A stretch of DNA of 64,000 bases from Adineta vaga (taxonomy: Eukaryota; Animalia; Rotifera): NCBI GenBank assembly GCA_021613535.1, contig CP075494.1, forward strand, positions 16,740,001-16,804,000, written 5' to 3'. Made by a program: the position numbers and the translations under genes. Below, piece after piece: positions 38,454 to 53,300 of this stretch. Positions within the stretch are counted from its first letter, which is position 1. Each line of letters begins with the position of its first letter. The notes under the pieces are model-generated. The model ran no database searches, was not told the DNA's origin, and worked only from the letters and a program-made list of their open reading frames with translations.

Positions 38454-41400
38454 TACGACCAAGAATATTTTGTTCTATGAAATCAGAATTAATTATTAAA
38501 TATATAGAACTATAATAGTCTTAATCTATTGACAGTTTTAAACAAATTTATAGACAAATATTTGAGCTCATATACATATTAGATTTATCTCGAAAGAACG
38601 AACCAAATGATTAATTAAAATTCCTCATTGTTTAAGAATTAACAATTATGTATTCTTTTTTTTCTTGCATTTATCTACAAATCTTCCTGACTATAAAATA
38701 AGAACATATCCTTCATCCGTGATAAGTCATTTCCTATTATAACCAAAGTAACGAGTACGAATGTCTTGACCAACTTATGTGAATAATGAAGAATTCTTCA
38801 TTAGTTAAAACAATTCTATAAATATACCTTAGATAGGTTTCTCAATATGAATAAGTTAGAGGAAAGCAAACTTATTCCATTTACCGTTGTTAATATCTCA
38901 AAATATTCAGTAATATCTGAATTTGTAAGAAGTTTAACAGATAGTTTACAAATCTACTAACTATTCCATAATGATTGAAACTTCTACGAGAAATATAATT
39001 CTAATGATATCTGTCTGACACGCAGTATTTTCGTTCAATCATTGTTTTTGAAAAAAGACAAAAAAAATGCTTTATTTTCGATCATTCGTCATAATTAACG
39101 TAACCATCAAATGTGAAAGTAGCGTTAAACAGTTTTAAAACAAATAGTACAGAAGAGCTTTTTCTTTTTAACCTCCTGAATATCGACAAGAAATTTTCGT
39201 TCTGTTGAATACGCGAAAAACGATGGCGAATCACTCTCTTCCAGCGAATTTAGCAGGTGAACGATTTGACAGAACGCAAGAAAATATCTCGTCTTCAATT
39301 TGAAAACTCCGATATTCAAGAGGTTAAATTTTCGAAATATATATATTTTTTCTAGTTCAATCATTAGAATAGATTATTTGATGCAACATATAAAGAATTG
39401 AATCTAATAAATTATGAATAAAATCAAATGAAATGATGAAATTTCTTCTTTTTTCATTTATTATATATTGTACATCAAATCATTTACTTAAACTTTTCTC
39501 TTCTAATAATATTTTAAATAAGAATAATAATTAGGTTTTCTAGAGTTAATCTAATATTAAAAGAAATCTATGAATAAATGAAAATAAAATTATACTTATC
39601 AAAAAATAAATATTCTTTTTATCTATTTAAAAATTTACACTTACCTTAATCTAGGAATATTTCGTGCCTTTTATAAATATAATTCGATAATGTTAATACT
39701 CACATATATATATATCATATTTAGAAGGACAAAAAAAACATACAATAAAAATAATAGGTCGACATATGGTTGCATTATGATAAATCAGTGAAAAGGAAAC
39801 AAAATAATATATAAATATATTCATGTATATATTAATTAGAACTCGATTTAGGACTATCATTGAGAATGAGAAAAAATTGTATGATTTAGATTCTCGAAAG
39901 TTTTATTTTTATTTTTGACTCAACAATTTGGTGAATGTTTAGTAAAATAATTAAAATCTTTCGTACTCTTTGCTAATCAACCATGACCTTGAATCGAACG
40001 TATTTATCGCTTTGTTGAAAAGGAAAGAACAGTCATCCATAATTGTGACGACACGTGTTTGATACGTTATGCACTGATGAAAAAAATGACAATGTATATC
40101 CACAAATATTATATATAGAATGTTTTTTATTTGTTCCTATATTTTTTTAATATAAAATATTTAAGAGAATATACAGTATAGTTCGAACATAATATCATCA
40201 TGCATAATCATTCAAAACTGTATCCTCACAAAAATCAATATTGATAAATTATTGAATGAAGTATCCTTTTGTATCGTGAGATAAACATAAATTTTATATT
40301 AATCTTATATATCTAATCCTTTTAAATAATTAATTCTTTTTTTCTAAAATTATATCTTGTTATCAACAAAATATTTTGATAAACGAGTCAAAAATCCATA
40401 TCTGAAATGAACGAATTTTATTTATATTGATGATGCTTTTTTTAATCTATTATATTAATCATATTTTTATTTTAAAAAATGAATGTTTTTTTTATACAAA
40501 TACGATAAAACAATAAAATACATTTAATATTGATAAATAATCGCATTATCTATATTTCATCCTTGATAAAAACGTTTCATTTTTTCTTATGTATGTCAAT
40601 CATATAAAATATTTTTTACTAGATGATCCATTCGATGTTTTTGAACTTTCTTTTATCAAATATAAAATGTAAAAAATATTCATAAAATTCTATGAATAGC
40701 TTCCGGATAAATATCGACTATAAAAGATTTCTTTTTTCAATTATATATTTCAATAAGTATAAGAAAATATGTTTTCTTCAAATTATCAAACGAATAACTT
40801 ATTTCACTTTAACCTTGTTTTGTTGATATTTACTCTGAGAAATAATTCAGAGTCTATGATAGAACGAAAAAGATATATATATAGTGAATGAATAACTATT
40901 GTATGAAATAAACTTTTTATATAAAACGAAAAACAATGAAATGCATTATAATAAAAAAATTTCTTTTTTTCTCACACGATATATTATTTAAATTCTATTT
41001 ACATGATGAATAAATTTATTATATATATAATGATTATTTATTCATAGAATTTTCTTAATTATTTTAATAGAAATTATAAATATAATAAAAAATTTGTATC
41101 GGCCATTTCTTATTCTTAATATTTCTTCTTTTATCACGGTAAATCTTTTTATGTACTGAGAATTCAAATAACAAATCTTTATGTACCTAGTAGAAAAATA
41201 AAAATGCGATTTTTTTCTTTATCTAGCAATTAACATTATTTATTTGAAAATATTTCAATATTCAAAAACTATATTTCGAAATTAAAATCCTTTGATAGAA
41301 AATTTACAAGTTTGAGAAGATTTCAACATATTTTGTACCATAGTTAGCAACTGGGATATCTGATAAAGTATCGTCATTAAAATTTCCAATAGCGGCTGAA

Positions 41401-41512
41401 AGAGGATGAGCACCAAAACTCATTCCTTACCTTCGATATCTACTGGTAAGACGTATTTAACACTTTTTTTTCTTTTCTTTCGTTCGACGTGGTATACTAG
41501 TTCCCTTGTACC

Positions 41513-42213
41513 TTGTACAAAGAACGTATGAGTAATCTAGGGGATAGTATGGATAATTATGGTTCAAATAACCGTAGGCAAATTAATCACGATGATCAAG
41601 CACAATTAAGGCAAGATTGTTCAACAATGGAGGAGGATGATCTTGACATGCACAAAAATAGCTCTCAACAAGCTCGATGTATAAAAAGAAATCAAATTGA
41701 TGACGAAAGTCCTTCTAAGGACAGTACTAATACAACAAAAAGGCACACTACAGCAAAAACTGATAGTTTGTATGGGAAGGGTTTAAATCAACTAAACCCA
41801 ACTAATAAACTATCGTCATATTTCAATAACAATAATCAAATTGTGAACAAAGAAGTTCGTGAATCACCAATGCATAAACAAATAGGTGACTCAAATAGCA
41901 GAAACCAGCATCAAAGTGATTCATTTCCACCCTTTCGTATTCGAATCAAAGATGTCACCATCATCAGGGATTTAAATAAGAAATGCAAGTTAAATCTGAC
42001 CTATGGTCGCATGTCATCATCGAAAAATGATCGATGTTATTTGCTCTACTGTAGTACATCCGTTCAATTTGAACTTCTGCTCGATAGAACAAAATAACCG
42101 GATACAATATGTGAATCAAATTACACGGTCGAATTGCCTCGAAAAGTTCCATCGTCATATTCTGTGGTGATGCTCAATATTCCAACAAATTGGGATGTAC
42201 AATATTTTTGTGA
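41513..42213 (+). pseudogene. ORF1/gag-like retroelement fragment, truncated at a telomere-like palindrome
   Basis: Low-complexity N-terminus, then FPPFRI...LTYGR...YLLY...*PDTIC...LPRKVPSSYSVVMLNIPTNW. In-frame stop at 42095. The frame runs directly into tgagggtgtggg at 42214. Family is inferred. Confidence 0.4.
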
Positions 42214-42317
42214 TGAGGGTGTGGGTGTGAGTGTCGATAATGATGTGGGCGGTTCTAAGATAGATGTGATACTCACGCACTCACCGATCCACCATCACTC
42301 ACACCCACACCCACACC
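42214..42317. repeat. Telomere-like palindromic junction motif (longest copy)
   Basis: tgagggtgtgggtgtgagtg ... cactcacacccacacccacacc. Confidence 0.9.
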
Positions 42318-42374
42318 GGCTATTCAGCACTAACAGAGGCAGAGAAACGTTCAGCTGAACAAAAAATCAAATCA

Positions 42375-42878
42375 ATGGTTCTTGATGACACATTTCATTC
42401 AACACAATTTACAACAAACACATTAACAATAACTGCACCTGCAAGCAACAAATTATCGATAAATGCACCTACAACCAATACATTGAATATGTCAAATCTT
42501 TCTGACAAATCAAATCGAAGTACAATGGATCTATTCAATGAATCTATTGGTGAAATTCTTTGTGAAAGACGTCCTGGAGATAAAAGTATAAGAGCAGCAG
42601 TTATCGATGACATTCATAATTATCGGAATTACGTAGTAAGTTTCAATTTGAAACATAAACCAGATGTTACATCAGCAGCAGTATTTTGGCAAGCACATGG
42701 AACAAATTTTTCAATTTTAAGTAAGTTGTCAAAAATAATGCTGAGTTCGCCTGCTACTTCTGTTCCGAGTGAAAGTTGTTTTTCTATTTCTTCTTATTTG
42801 GGTAGAAAAGAACGTTCACGTTTGACTGGCGAGAACCTTTCTGCAAGCGTCTTTCTTAAAGATAAAATTAATCTGTAG
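42375..42878 (+). mobile_element. hAT transposase C-terminal dimerisation domain fragment
   Basis: FWQAHGTNFSILSKLSKIMLSSPATSVPSESCFS...RKERSRLTGENL..VFLK is the hATC signature. The catalytic core is absent. Confidence 0.85.
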
Positions 42879-44416
42879 AAAATTTATTTAAACATAGCTG
42901 ATTGTATTGTTTTTATTGTATTTTTGTTTTACATATATTTTTAGTGCTTTCTTTCTTCTTGTTGAAATGCGTTGTGAAAAATTCTTTCCTTACAGATTCT
43001 ATAGTTTATTACGACGTCTAGTGGTTTGCTCTTTTGTGTGTTATCAATTATTACCTTATATGACGTTTTTATTATGTTAATCTGAATGATAGAAAAACAT
43101 TTCTATTGCTATTCTTACATAGTTCTTCTTTTCTAACGTGTATTCATATATGTGATCTTTTTCAAGAAGGTTTTGTTTGTTTGTTTTATGAAGGCTTACT
43201 CTTCTGTTAATCGGAAGAAATATGTATGAATGGTTAGTACAAGCTTGTTTTTTTATTCTGCTAGTTAATCCTGTCTTGTTCAACAATACTGAATGTTTAA
43301 GAAAATAAAATAAAAATGAAATGATCAAATGATCTTTAAATCTACATCTAAAGAATTTTCTAGATCTAAGCTCGATCAATTATAACTTTAACGAAAGATC
43401 ATAATGGTTAATATTACATACAAAGGCAATATTTGAGCGTAGAAATGTAATCTAAATGTGACTTATATCAATTCATTGCGCACGGCGTTCTCTAAACATA
43501 TATATATATATATAACTATGAAATGACTTATCGTAGTGATGTTTTAATCTATCACTACTGAATAGAGACAAGATGATAACAAACTTCATGCTCTCATTAC
43601 CGTTCAAAGTAAATACCTAAGATTCATTAGAAGCTTAATCTGTTACAGCTATAACAGGTTTTTTAACTGTCTTGAATGTCATCAGAAAACAGTAGTCTGA
43701 TATTATGTATTAGAATTATTTAACAAAATGCATTCAATTCTATATGGCTTCCTACAACTAAATGTATAAATAAAAATCAAGAATTCCAATAGTAATAATA
43801 TTATTACGCAAATCAAGACAATATTTGGTTTTATAGATACATGAGTACGCCCCTCTTAACTATTTAGGGTAAATAGGAATATAAACATTATTAGGCCTAC
43901 CTTTTAATGAAGTCAGTGCGTCAGTGCTCCACTGAACACTGATTTCAGTATTGTCAGTGCCACAGTGCGTCACTGTCGGTGCTGACATTGCACGGTTTAC
44001 TGAAACTGCGCATCCCTACAAATAAACACGAGCTATAATGGCACGGTCTCATTTTAAATCTACTATTTCGAAATAAATAATATCTTAAGAATGAGCTGAA
44101 AGGATGAAATTTTCTCTGGAATATTAGAGCTACTATCTCCGATATATAATGTAGACAAATAGACAAAATGTCGTTTCTTTGAACAAATTATAGCGAATTC
44201 CAAGAACTTTTTGATCATTTTATGTACATGAAAATGAGTTTTTTTTACAGTTATTCTCTAAAGAAATCGAGTTGCCTCGAATGTGGTAAGAGTATAAATG
44301 ATCGTCCTTTATTTCTTCTCTCTCTCTCATATTTTATTATTCTCGTCGTCACTTTCATCCTATATGTAATATTGGAAGAAATCAAGTGGATGATTATACG
44401 TTTTATTTAATTAGTA

Positions 44417-44440
44417 NNNNNNNNNNNNNNNNNNNNNNNT
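44417..44440. other. Assembly gap
   Basis: Run of 24 N. Confidence 0.99.
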
Positions 44441-45100
44441 ATCTATTGAAAAGATATTCATTTAGTTTCTATATGATAATCTAAGTAGTTATCTGTGTCT
44501 AGAGAAAGATTACGAAGTTGTTAATTCTATTTGCAATGGATTTCGACTATAGTCAGTATTGTTAAACTTTCCATAGTTTACACTTAGATCCAGAGGAAGT
44601 TTGAAAGAGAGAGAGAGAGAGAGTTAGCAGGGTTTAAGCAAGAAGATTTACATGATTATAATTCTGATACACTCGTACCTCACCCACATCCTCAAACTCA
44701 ACCATAATCTTATTCAAAACGGCAATTCTACCATTATAGTCTGACGAACATGAGTGACTGATAAACGTGTTTTTTTAAGCTCTGTTTTGTTAGGATAATC
44801 TCTATTTACATATTTCAACTAGAATTACAACTGCACGCACATCCATATACAACCATTTGTGTAACTCGAACAATAAGGTCTGAAAAAAATTCTTTTTATA
44901 TATTTGAGAATGAATGAGAGTATGCATTCCGAAATATTTAAGGAAAATCAAAATACGAATCGACGACATATATAAGAATACGAAAAATAATAATTGTTAT
45001 AAGGCAAAAGTATAATATTATAAGAACAGAAAGCAATTTTTAATTGAATCAGTTTTTATTTGTTTTTTCTTTATACTTGACCTCAAGGTTTAGTTCAATT

Positions 45101-45762
45101 TCATGTATCAATCGATGTAAATTGATTGATGTTTTTAGCATAGTTCTAAAAAAAAATAAAAACCAAATTTGAACACAATTGATTTTCACATCAAAGAATG
45201 TACCTACGTTAGCATGTGAAATACTATGATCTGCATCGATGCTATCGCGACGTCTTCGTTTTCCAATTGGAATTTGAACACCAACTCCGACTCCAGCTAA
45301 TCCGTCTTGATTTACATCAACATATGGTCCAGCTTGTACTCCGTTCTTGAATGTGTATTGTGGTTGAACACGTACGTTATCGTCGACTGGTTTGACAAGA
45401 ACATTAACTGGAGGCGGATTTGGTTTTATATTTAGAAGATCTTTTGCGGGATTCAGATTGTTTATTGGAATTGGATTAACATTTACTGTAGGTTTATAAT
45501 CAATCAATGGAGACTTGAAAGGATTTGTATTAAATGATGGTGGCACAAATGGGAGTGGTTTCACTATCGGTGGTGGAATGTTGACTGGCGGTACTCTAAC
45601 AATTGGAACCAATGAGCCAAAATTAAAACCACCTCCCAATAGAGCACGTTTTGTACGACTATCAGCTTTAACCATATTTTGAATAGAATCAACTGCATTG
45701 CTGTAAACAGACAATGTTATTTGAAATAAAGCAAGAAGATAGATAAATTTTGATAGACCCAT
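45101..45762 (-). CDS. Secreted Pro/Gly-rich peptide precursor; one intron near 45146-45207
   Basis: Signal peptide MGLSKFIYLLALFQITLSVYSNA, furin site RTKR, Pro-rich middle, Gly/Val-rich end ...AGVGVGVQIPI-G-KRRRR. Donor aac|gtaggt and acceptor ttttag|aac give a last exon NYAKNINQFTSIDT*. Confidence 0.75.
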
Positions 45763-47152
45763 GTCACTGGTATTGATTGAAAAAGTAAAGTAATATGTCG
45801 TTTAGCAAAAATCTGGTCAATTTATACAAAGTTTTACATCTAATTTATTATTATCTCCAGCGTTTAAAGTACTTATTCTTCCCGATTAAATCTATTATTG
45901 CAATTTTTCAAGGATTTTGAGAGTAAAATTTGATTATTCATGCATGCATATATAATCGATCTTCAATGCAAGATTCTTGGAAAAAAACCCATAAACCAGT
46001 TACATATTCTCTAAATCGAAATAAATAAATCATGCAAGTGTAAACTAGGAAGAAGGGTATGAATATTATTGGGCACTAATCATCACGTCTCCGTCTATAC
46101 ACTGGATAAATTGCAATTATTATTGAAAGTATATTTAACAGAGTTGACTTTCATACTACAGCCCACGTTTCTTAGAGCTGAAGATATCATTGTAATTAAA
46201 TACATGAAGTAACGATAGTTTTATTAGTGATACGACACTTTAGCGTATACATTATGCTTTTGTTTCGTTTTTCCTGTCATTGCATAAACGCACGTCTGAA
46301 GTACATGAATCATTTCTTTTATTCTTTATTTTACTCTCTAGACCCCCATACAAAACTTGAAAAGTATTTGAATAAAAAGAAACTTAATTATACTCAGTTA
46401 TTTTTTTAAAGGGTGAATATTTAAATAGATGAAATGAAGTGCATTTGAGATTAAAGTTATTAGCAAAATAATCAATATACAAATAATCTTTCAATCAGAA
46501 GGCACAAAGAATATTTTTATTAAGGTAATTACTTCTGCGAAATTGATTTTATCAGCATCTTGAGAGTGTGGGTGTGGATGTATTCGCGATAGATGAAATT
46601 TTTACCTGTACGAGAAAGCATGGGGTTTGCATTGGGAACTGTTAGGAGACGGATGAATTTGGAATGCTATATAGTATAAGTTGTTCTATCTTAGATATGC
46701 GCGACAGGATATGTTGTAATATAAATAAAAAATTTCAAGGACAATCCTATGTGTGCATTCTGTCGTTTTCTGACATATGAAGTCATCAGTCTGGAAGATT
46801 CTTGACCATCATCGGTGTATCTCCGCTAGTAAAGTATGTGACGCCGCATTTTTTGATGGGAAAGACAATTTTGTTTACGTGAGCTTTTGAAGCGAATGGC
46901 ATCTCACAAGGTCGTCCACTCAATATAAGAACTATACTTGTCCTACCTAGTTTGTCTTGCAGAATCCAATAGAGAAGTTTCCGTATGCATGATTTATATG
47001 TGATTTTGTAGAGCACAAAAAACTGTGTTACCCCACACTACTATTTCTCATATGAAGTTGTAGAAAAAGAAAGGACACCGCGGAATAAGACCGTAAATCT
47101 GCCACCCCCCTAGATCTTATTTTCTCTCGGATAGAATGATAGAGCATGAAAT

Positions 47153-47980
47153 TCTGCACATTTTTGTATATTTAGTTTTTTTCTAAAATGAAGCAAAAAC
47201 AATTTTTTAGGAACTAAACAGTTTTAGGAAGTCTATCACTTTTGGGTATTCGAATAAAAAAGTAGGGTACGTATGATTTTTTCTATTATACGCTCAATTG
47301 AAATCTAATACTATACGTCGATGTAGTTTTTCCTGCTCTATAAAATAACATAAGATCATAGCTATCATTATTATCTCTCTTAGAATTGCTATGGACATAA
47401 AAGTATGAATAATTCGTACTAGAATGAAACTTTAGTTTAGATTGTCATGATGCTGACTGTGACTATAAATGATCCATACCCGCTCTGATCCTCTATCGAT
47501 AATCTATCGTTACCTATTACTATATCCATACTTATGTAGAACGAATAGGCAAGAGATAAATAAAGATATCATATTAGTGGAATGGCTTTTTGGCAGTGCA
47601 TTTGCGCAATCAAACCGCCGAATGTTGTACTGTCCGCATAAAAAATCAAATATTTTCTGCTTTTCGAAGCAGTTTCAAATGAAAACTTAGAAGAATATTA
47701 TGACAAGCCCTGTCAAATATTCATACTTTTATGTCCATAGCAATTCTAAGAGAGATAATAATGATAGCTATGATCTTATGTCATTTTATAGAGCAGGAAA
47801 AACTACATCGACGTATAGTATTAGATTTCAAATTGAGCGTATAATAGAAAAAAATCATACGTACCCTACTTTTTTATTCGAATACCCAAAAGTGATAGAC
47901 TTCCTAAAACTGTTTAGTTCCTAAAAAATTGTTTTTGCTTCATTTTAGAAAAAAAACTAAATATATACAAAAATGTGCAG
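47153..47980. mobile_element. Foldback/MITE with ~260-bp near-perfect inverted arms
   Basis: 47153-47411 (ctgcacatttttgtata...ggacataaaagtatgaata) is the reverse complement of ~47718-47980, around a ~300-bp spacer. Confidence 0.85.
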
Positions 47981-48314
47981 TTAATATCGATTAAATAATT
48001 CAAGTCAAATAGATATGAATTTCGATGATATAATTGAAAGTTGATGTTACTCTTTTTGACATTTTCAAGATAGATGAGGGACAGAAAGTCATTTCAAATT
48101 TCATTCAAAAATTAAATAAGAAAATAGTATCAATAAATTAACTAATTATATTAATAATTAATATCGATTAAATAATTCTCATTGAAAGAAAAAGTATGAA
48201 ATATCTATTGAATTATTCATCGAAAGATATTCAATTTAAAGGAAATATTATTAAACCAAAACTAATAAAATGTTAAATTAATTAAATATATAAGAAGTAA
48301 GAACATTATTTTCT

Positions 48315-49052
48315 TATTGATTATATTGCTGATCGACGGAATTATCGTATTATGAAATGGAAATAGAAATAGAACAAATCAATTGAATGGTCCAATAGAT
48401 ATGATTGTTGATGAAGAAAATAATTCATTGATCATTGCTGAATCGTCGAGTAATTCGATGATTTAATGAAAATCAACGAGAAGATTCTCATTCGAAATAT
48501 CAGTTGTTATGGTTTGGCAAAGGATAAATATGGATTTCTTTATGTTACTGATTCAGTGATGAATGAAGTGAGAAAATAGAAAATTAGAGAAAAAGGTGAA
48601 GAAACATTAGTTGTTGGTGGAAATGGATGAGTAGGAAGTCAACTTAATCAATTTAATTTTTCTGCTTTTATATCTGTTGATAATAAACAATCCGTTTATG
48701 TATCAGATCGTTTCAATCATCGTGTAATGAAATGGAGAAAAAGTGCGACAGAAGGTATAATTGTTGCTGGAGAAAATAGAAACGGAAATAATCTTAATTA
48801 ATTAAATAAACCTCTCACATTAATTATTGATGATATGAATCAAATCTATGTAGTAGATTTCCTTAATCATCAAATAATTCGTTGGGGTAAAAAGAAAAGA
48901 AAGAAGGTAAAATCATTGTTGGTAGAAATGGATTAGATCAAGCAACAAATCAATTGGCTTTGCCCTTTGGTTTAGCATTTGACTTGAAAGGAAATCTTTA
49001 CGTTAATGAGTGGAAAGAAAATCGGATCGAAAAATTTAATTCAATTTCATAA
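48315..49052 (+). pseudogene. NHL-repeat protein pseudogene
   Basis: YIADRRNYRIMKW, QLNGPIDMIVDE, LYVTDS, VYVSDRFNHRVMKW..IIVAG and IYVVDFLNHQIIRW, with many stops and frameshifts. Confidence 0.8.
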
Positions 49053-50369
49053 TTCAAAATATCTTTCTTTTCTAAAAGTTATTGTAAGTTTTGAAGATAA
49101 GGTGTTTTCGTGAGTTCCGTTTATTAATGAACAAGAACAAGAGAGAGAGAAAGAAACGCACGTATGTAGATAAGACATTAGAGAGAAGAGAGAGAAGAAC
49201 TAGATGGCGCATAGTATACGATATACGAAAGAGAACAAGATACATGCACGTATATATACGTATATGTGATCAGATGAATAAGGAAAACTTCAATATAAGT
49301 ATTTCGGAATTGATGTTCATACTAACAGTTATATTTTGTATTTAAAAAAAAATCAGTTAAGAAGCTCTTCATCATTATCTTTATGTAGTTTATTTTTATA
49401 AACAATACATATATGAAGAAAGACTTTGATTTTAGAATACATTTCATTCATTTTGGTTTTTTTCGAAAATTCTTTTATAGTCAAAACGAGACATTGTTTT
49501 TCGATTGATTCTTATGAATTATTAATCGGTATAAGTAATGTAATGATTATTTTAACATTGTATTTCTATTATAATTTATTTTTATTTCATTGATAAAAAA
49601 GATTAATAATAAATTCATTTTAATTATTTAATTCTTTTAGTTAATTTATTAAAAAATATTCGCAATTGATTCTATTGAAAAAGTTATATTTTATAGAGAA
49701 AAAAAATTGAATTAATATATAAAATATAATTTTAATTTTAATCAAAAAATTAAATCTTTATTTTGTAAATTTATCGAATTTTTTATTTAGTTATAAAATG
49801 ATTAACGAATGTATATGAATATAAAAGAAAAACAAATATATGAAATTTGGTAAATATTCAAATAATTATCTTTTATATAAAGATAATAAAAAAATATTTC
49901 GATATATCCATTCTTTTTTATTATATATAATCTTATAAAAATGATGTATTATTAAAATTGATACGAAAACAAACTGACAGCAAAGAAATATCGATATTTT
50001 AATATGTATTTATTCATGCATGATGTAGAAAATATACCGAATAAATACAAAGTAATTATATAAGTAAAGAAAAAAATAATATTCTTTTATTAAAGATTAA
50101 AATCAATAGGTAAGTAATGTTTCACCTTAACTAATAGACAAAATAAATAAAAATATATTATTTTAAAATAATTTATATAAAGTCATTTTCTTTATTATTA
50201 ATAATAGTTAAATAAATCTATAAATTAAATTTTAATAATTAATTTTTCTTAGATTCATCGACATCATATGTTATACTACATATAATAATGATTTTATTTA
50301 TAATCCATGATAAACTATTTGTTTTAAGTATGATCTTTAATGTTTTGTTGTTTTTTTTTCTTATAGTTG

Positions 50370-53300
50370 ATGGATCGAAATAATCAATTGATTATTGCGA
50401 ATATATCTGACGAACTTTTATGTACTGAAGTACAAAATAATAATATATTGAATGTAATTCAAGATTTATCTTATCAAGAAACAATTTACAATGATAAAAA
50501 TAATTTAAATAAAATCATTAGAGACAAAGATAATTGGTATTGATTTTTATTATAAATATATAATAATTTTACATTTATTATTCATAGGAATATATGTTAT
50601 CCATATATAAAATCAAGATATCTGAGAAATTTCTTAATATTTATTATATTTACAAGTATTGCGATAATTGTTGGTGTATTAACAGTTTATTTTACTGTAC
50701 CAAGGCCAAGTATGTTTTTGATTTTGTTTTTGAAATATCATAATAAAATGAATAATACTTTTTATAACTATACAATTGAAAAAGTTAAATAATACACTTT
50801 ATCATCAATATTTAATTTAAACTTATGTAGAGAAGTTCTATATAGAAAATTAGTGTTAAATTATTCTAAACAGATTTTAATCAAAATATTTGAGATTAGA
50901 ATAAATCATTTTATATATTAATGGATAATAGAAAAGTTTATTTCATCTTTGGAATTATTTCTACCATGACGAGTTCTATAGTTTAGTTGATTTAAAATTA
51001 TATTTTTTAGGTACAACATGTCAAGTTACTTTCAAACGAATGGATAAAAGTTTAATTATTTTCAATTCACAACCACGATCTCTTGCTGCTGATGACTTTA
51101 ATAAAGAATCGCAAATGGATGTAGTTGTAGTTAATTTTGGTACAAATACGATTGGTATTTTTCTAGGTTACGGTAATGGAAGTTTTGTAGATCAAGTAAC
51201 TTATTCAACTGGTTTTTATTCTCGTCCTCATTCAGTTACTATTAGTGATTTTAAGAATGATTATTTTCTTGATATTGCTATTGCAAATTATGGTACAAAT
51301 AATATCGGAATTTTTTTGGTTATGGAAATGGAACATTTACTAATCAAAAAATATTTTCAACTGGTTCATCTCATCCATTATTTATCATTAGTGATGATTT
51401 AAATAATGATAATAATTCGGATATAATCACTGTTAATAATGGTACAAATACTATTGGAATTTATCTTGGACGTGGTGATGGATCTTTTCAAATACAAATA
51501 ACTTATTTTACTGGTTATGATTCTATTCCTTATTCACTAGCTATTGCTGATTTTAACAAGGATAATATATTAGATATTGTTGTTGTTCATTATGGTACAA
51601 GTGAAATTGGTATTTATTTTGGATATGGTGATGGAACATTCGATAATCATAAAATATATTCAATTCCATCCAATTCAAATCCATCTTCTATTACAATTGC
51701 TGATATTAATCATGATAATTATTTAGATATTGTTATAGCCAATTATGGTACCAGTAATATAGGAATTTGATTTGGTTACGGTAATGGTTCTTTTCTTAAA
51801 CAAAAAACATATTCAACTGGTGCTCAATCTCGTCCACAATATATTAATATTGGTGATTTTGATAAAGATGATCATCCAGATATTATCGTTGTTGATGCAG
51901 AAAACGAACAAATACATCTTTTTCTAGGATATACCGATGACAATTTTGCTAGAATAGGTAATTATGATGCTACTTCTGGATCTCGACCATTTTCACTTGT
52001 GCGCTTGCTGATTTTGATCAAGATAATTATTTAGATGTAGTCGTTGTCAATTTTGATACAAATAATTTACTTCTACTTGGTAATTATTCTTTAAAATCGT
52101 CTGCACGACAAAAGAATTATTTTATTGGTCAAGGAACTATTCCAACTTCAGTTGCTATCGGAAATTTTAATAATAATAATTATCCTGATCTAGTCACTAA
52201 TGCTTATACTCTAAATAGTATTGTTGTAATGTTCGATTATATCAATGGAATTTTCATGAAAGAAACAATTTATTCTACTGGAGATCAATCAGGTCCAAAA
52301 TATGTTTCTATAGGTGATTTAAACAATGACACTCATATGGATATTGTTACTGCTAATCTAGGATCTAACAGTGTTGGTGTTCTTTTTGGAAAAGGAGATG
52401 AAATATTTAATAATGTAACGATATATTCAACAGGTATTGGATCTGGTCCATGATGGGTTGTGATTAATGATATTAATAATGATAATCGAATGGATATTAT
52501 TTCTACTAATACAGGTACGAGTAGTATTAGTATTTTTCTTGGTAATGGTAATGGAACATTTGCTAATATAATGACATATTCTACTGGTGATAATTCTAAT
52601 CCGCGTTCAATGACAATTGGTGATGTTAATAATGATAATTATCCTGATATTCTAACTGCTAATATAGGAAATGAGGGTGTAAGTGTACTTATTGATGATG
52701 GCCATGGAATTTTTGTTCTTACCGCAATATATGTTACTGATAAGGGTTCAGTACCACTCTCAATTGTTCTGATTGATGTCAATAATGATAATCAACTAGA
52801 TATTATTCTTGCTAATACATTTAAAAACAATATAGGTGTTTTTTTTGGATATGGATATGGAAATTTTAGTTTACAAACAACATATTCGACTGGCTCTGGT
52901 TCTCAACCATACATCCTTACAATTATTGATTTTAATCATGATAATCAATATGATCTTGCTGTTACTAATTTCGGTACTAATGAAGTATGTATTTTGTTGG
53001 AAAATAGTAATGGAAGTTTTCAACTTTCAACAACATATCCAACTGGTTCTGGTTCGGTTCTATATGGAATTACTACTGCTGATCTTAATAATGATTAACA
53101 AGTAGAAATTATCGTTACTCTTTTTGGTACTGGAAATGTGGCTATATTAACTGAATATTATGCTGCCAAGTTTGCTTTTCAAACACTTCATTCAACTGGT
53201 GCTGCTCCACGTCCTTATTCATTAGCTACCGGTGATTTTAATAATGATAATCGAACAGATATTGTTGTTGCCAATTATGGGACTAATAATTTAGATATAC

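Noticed and set aside
39400-41300. Extremely AT-rich tract (also ~49400-50350) as a centromere or origin
   Set aside because: No periodicity or repeat unit is visible; composition alone is insufficient.
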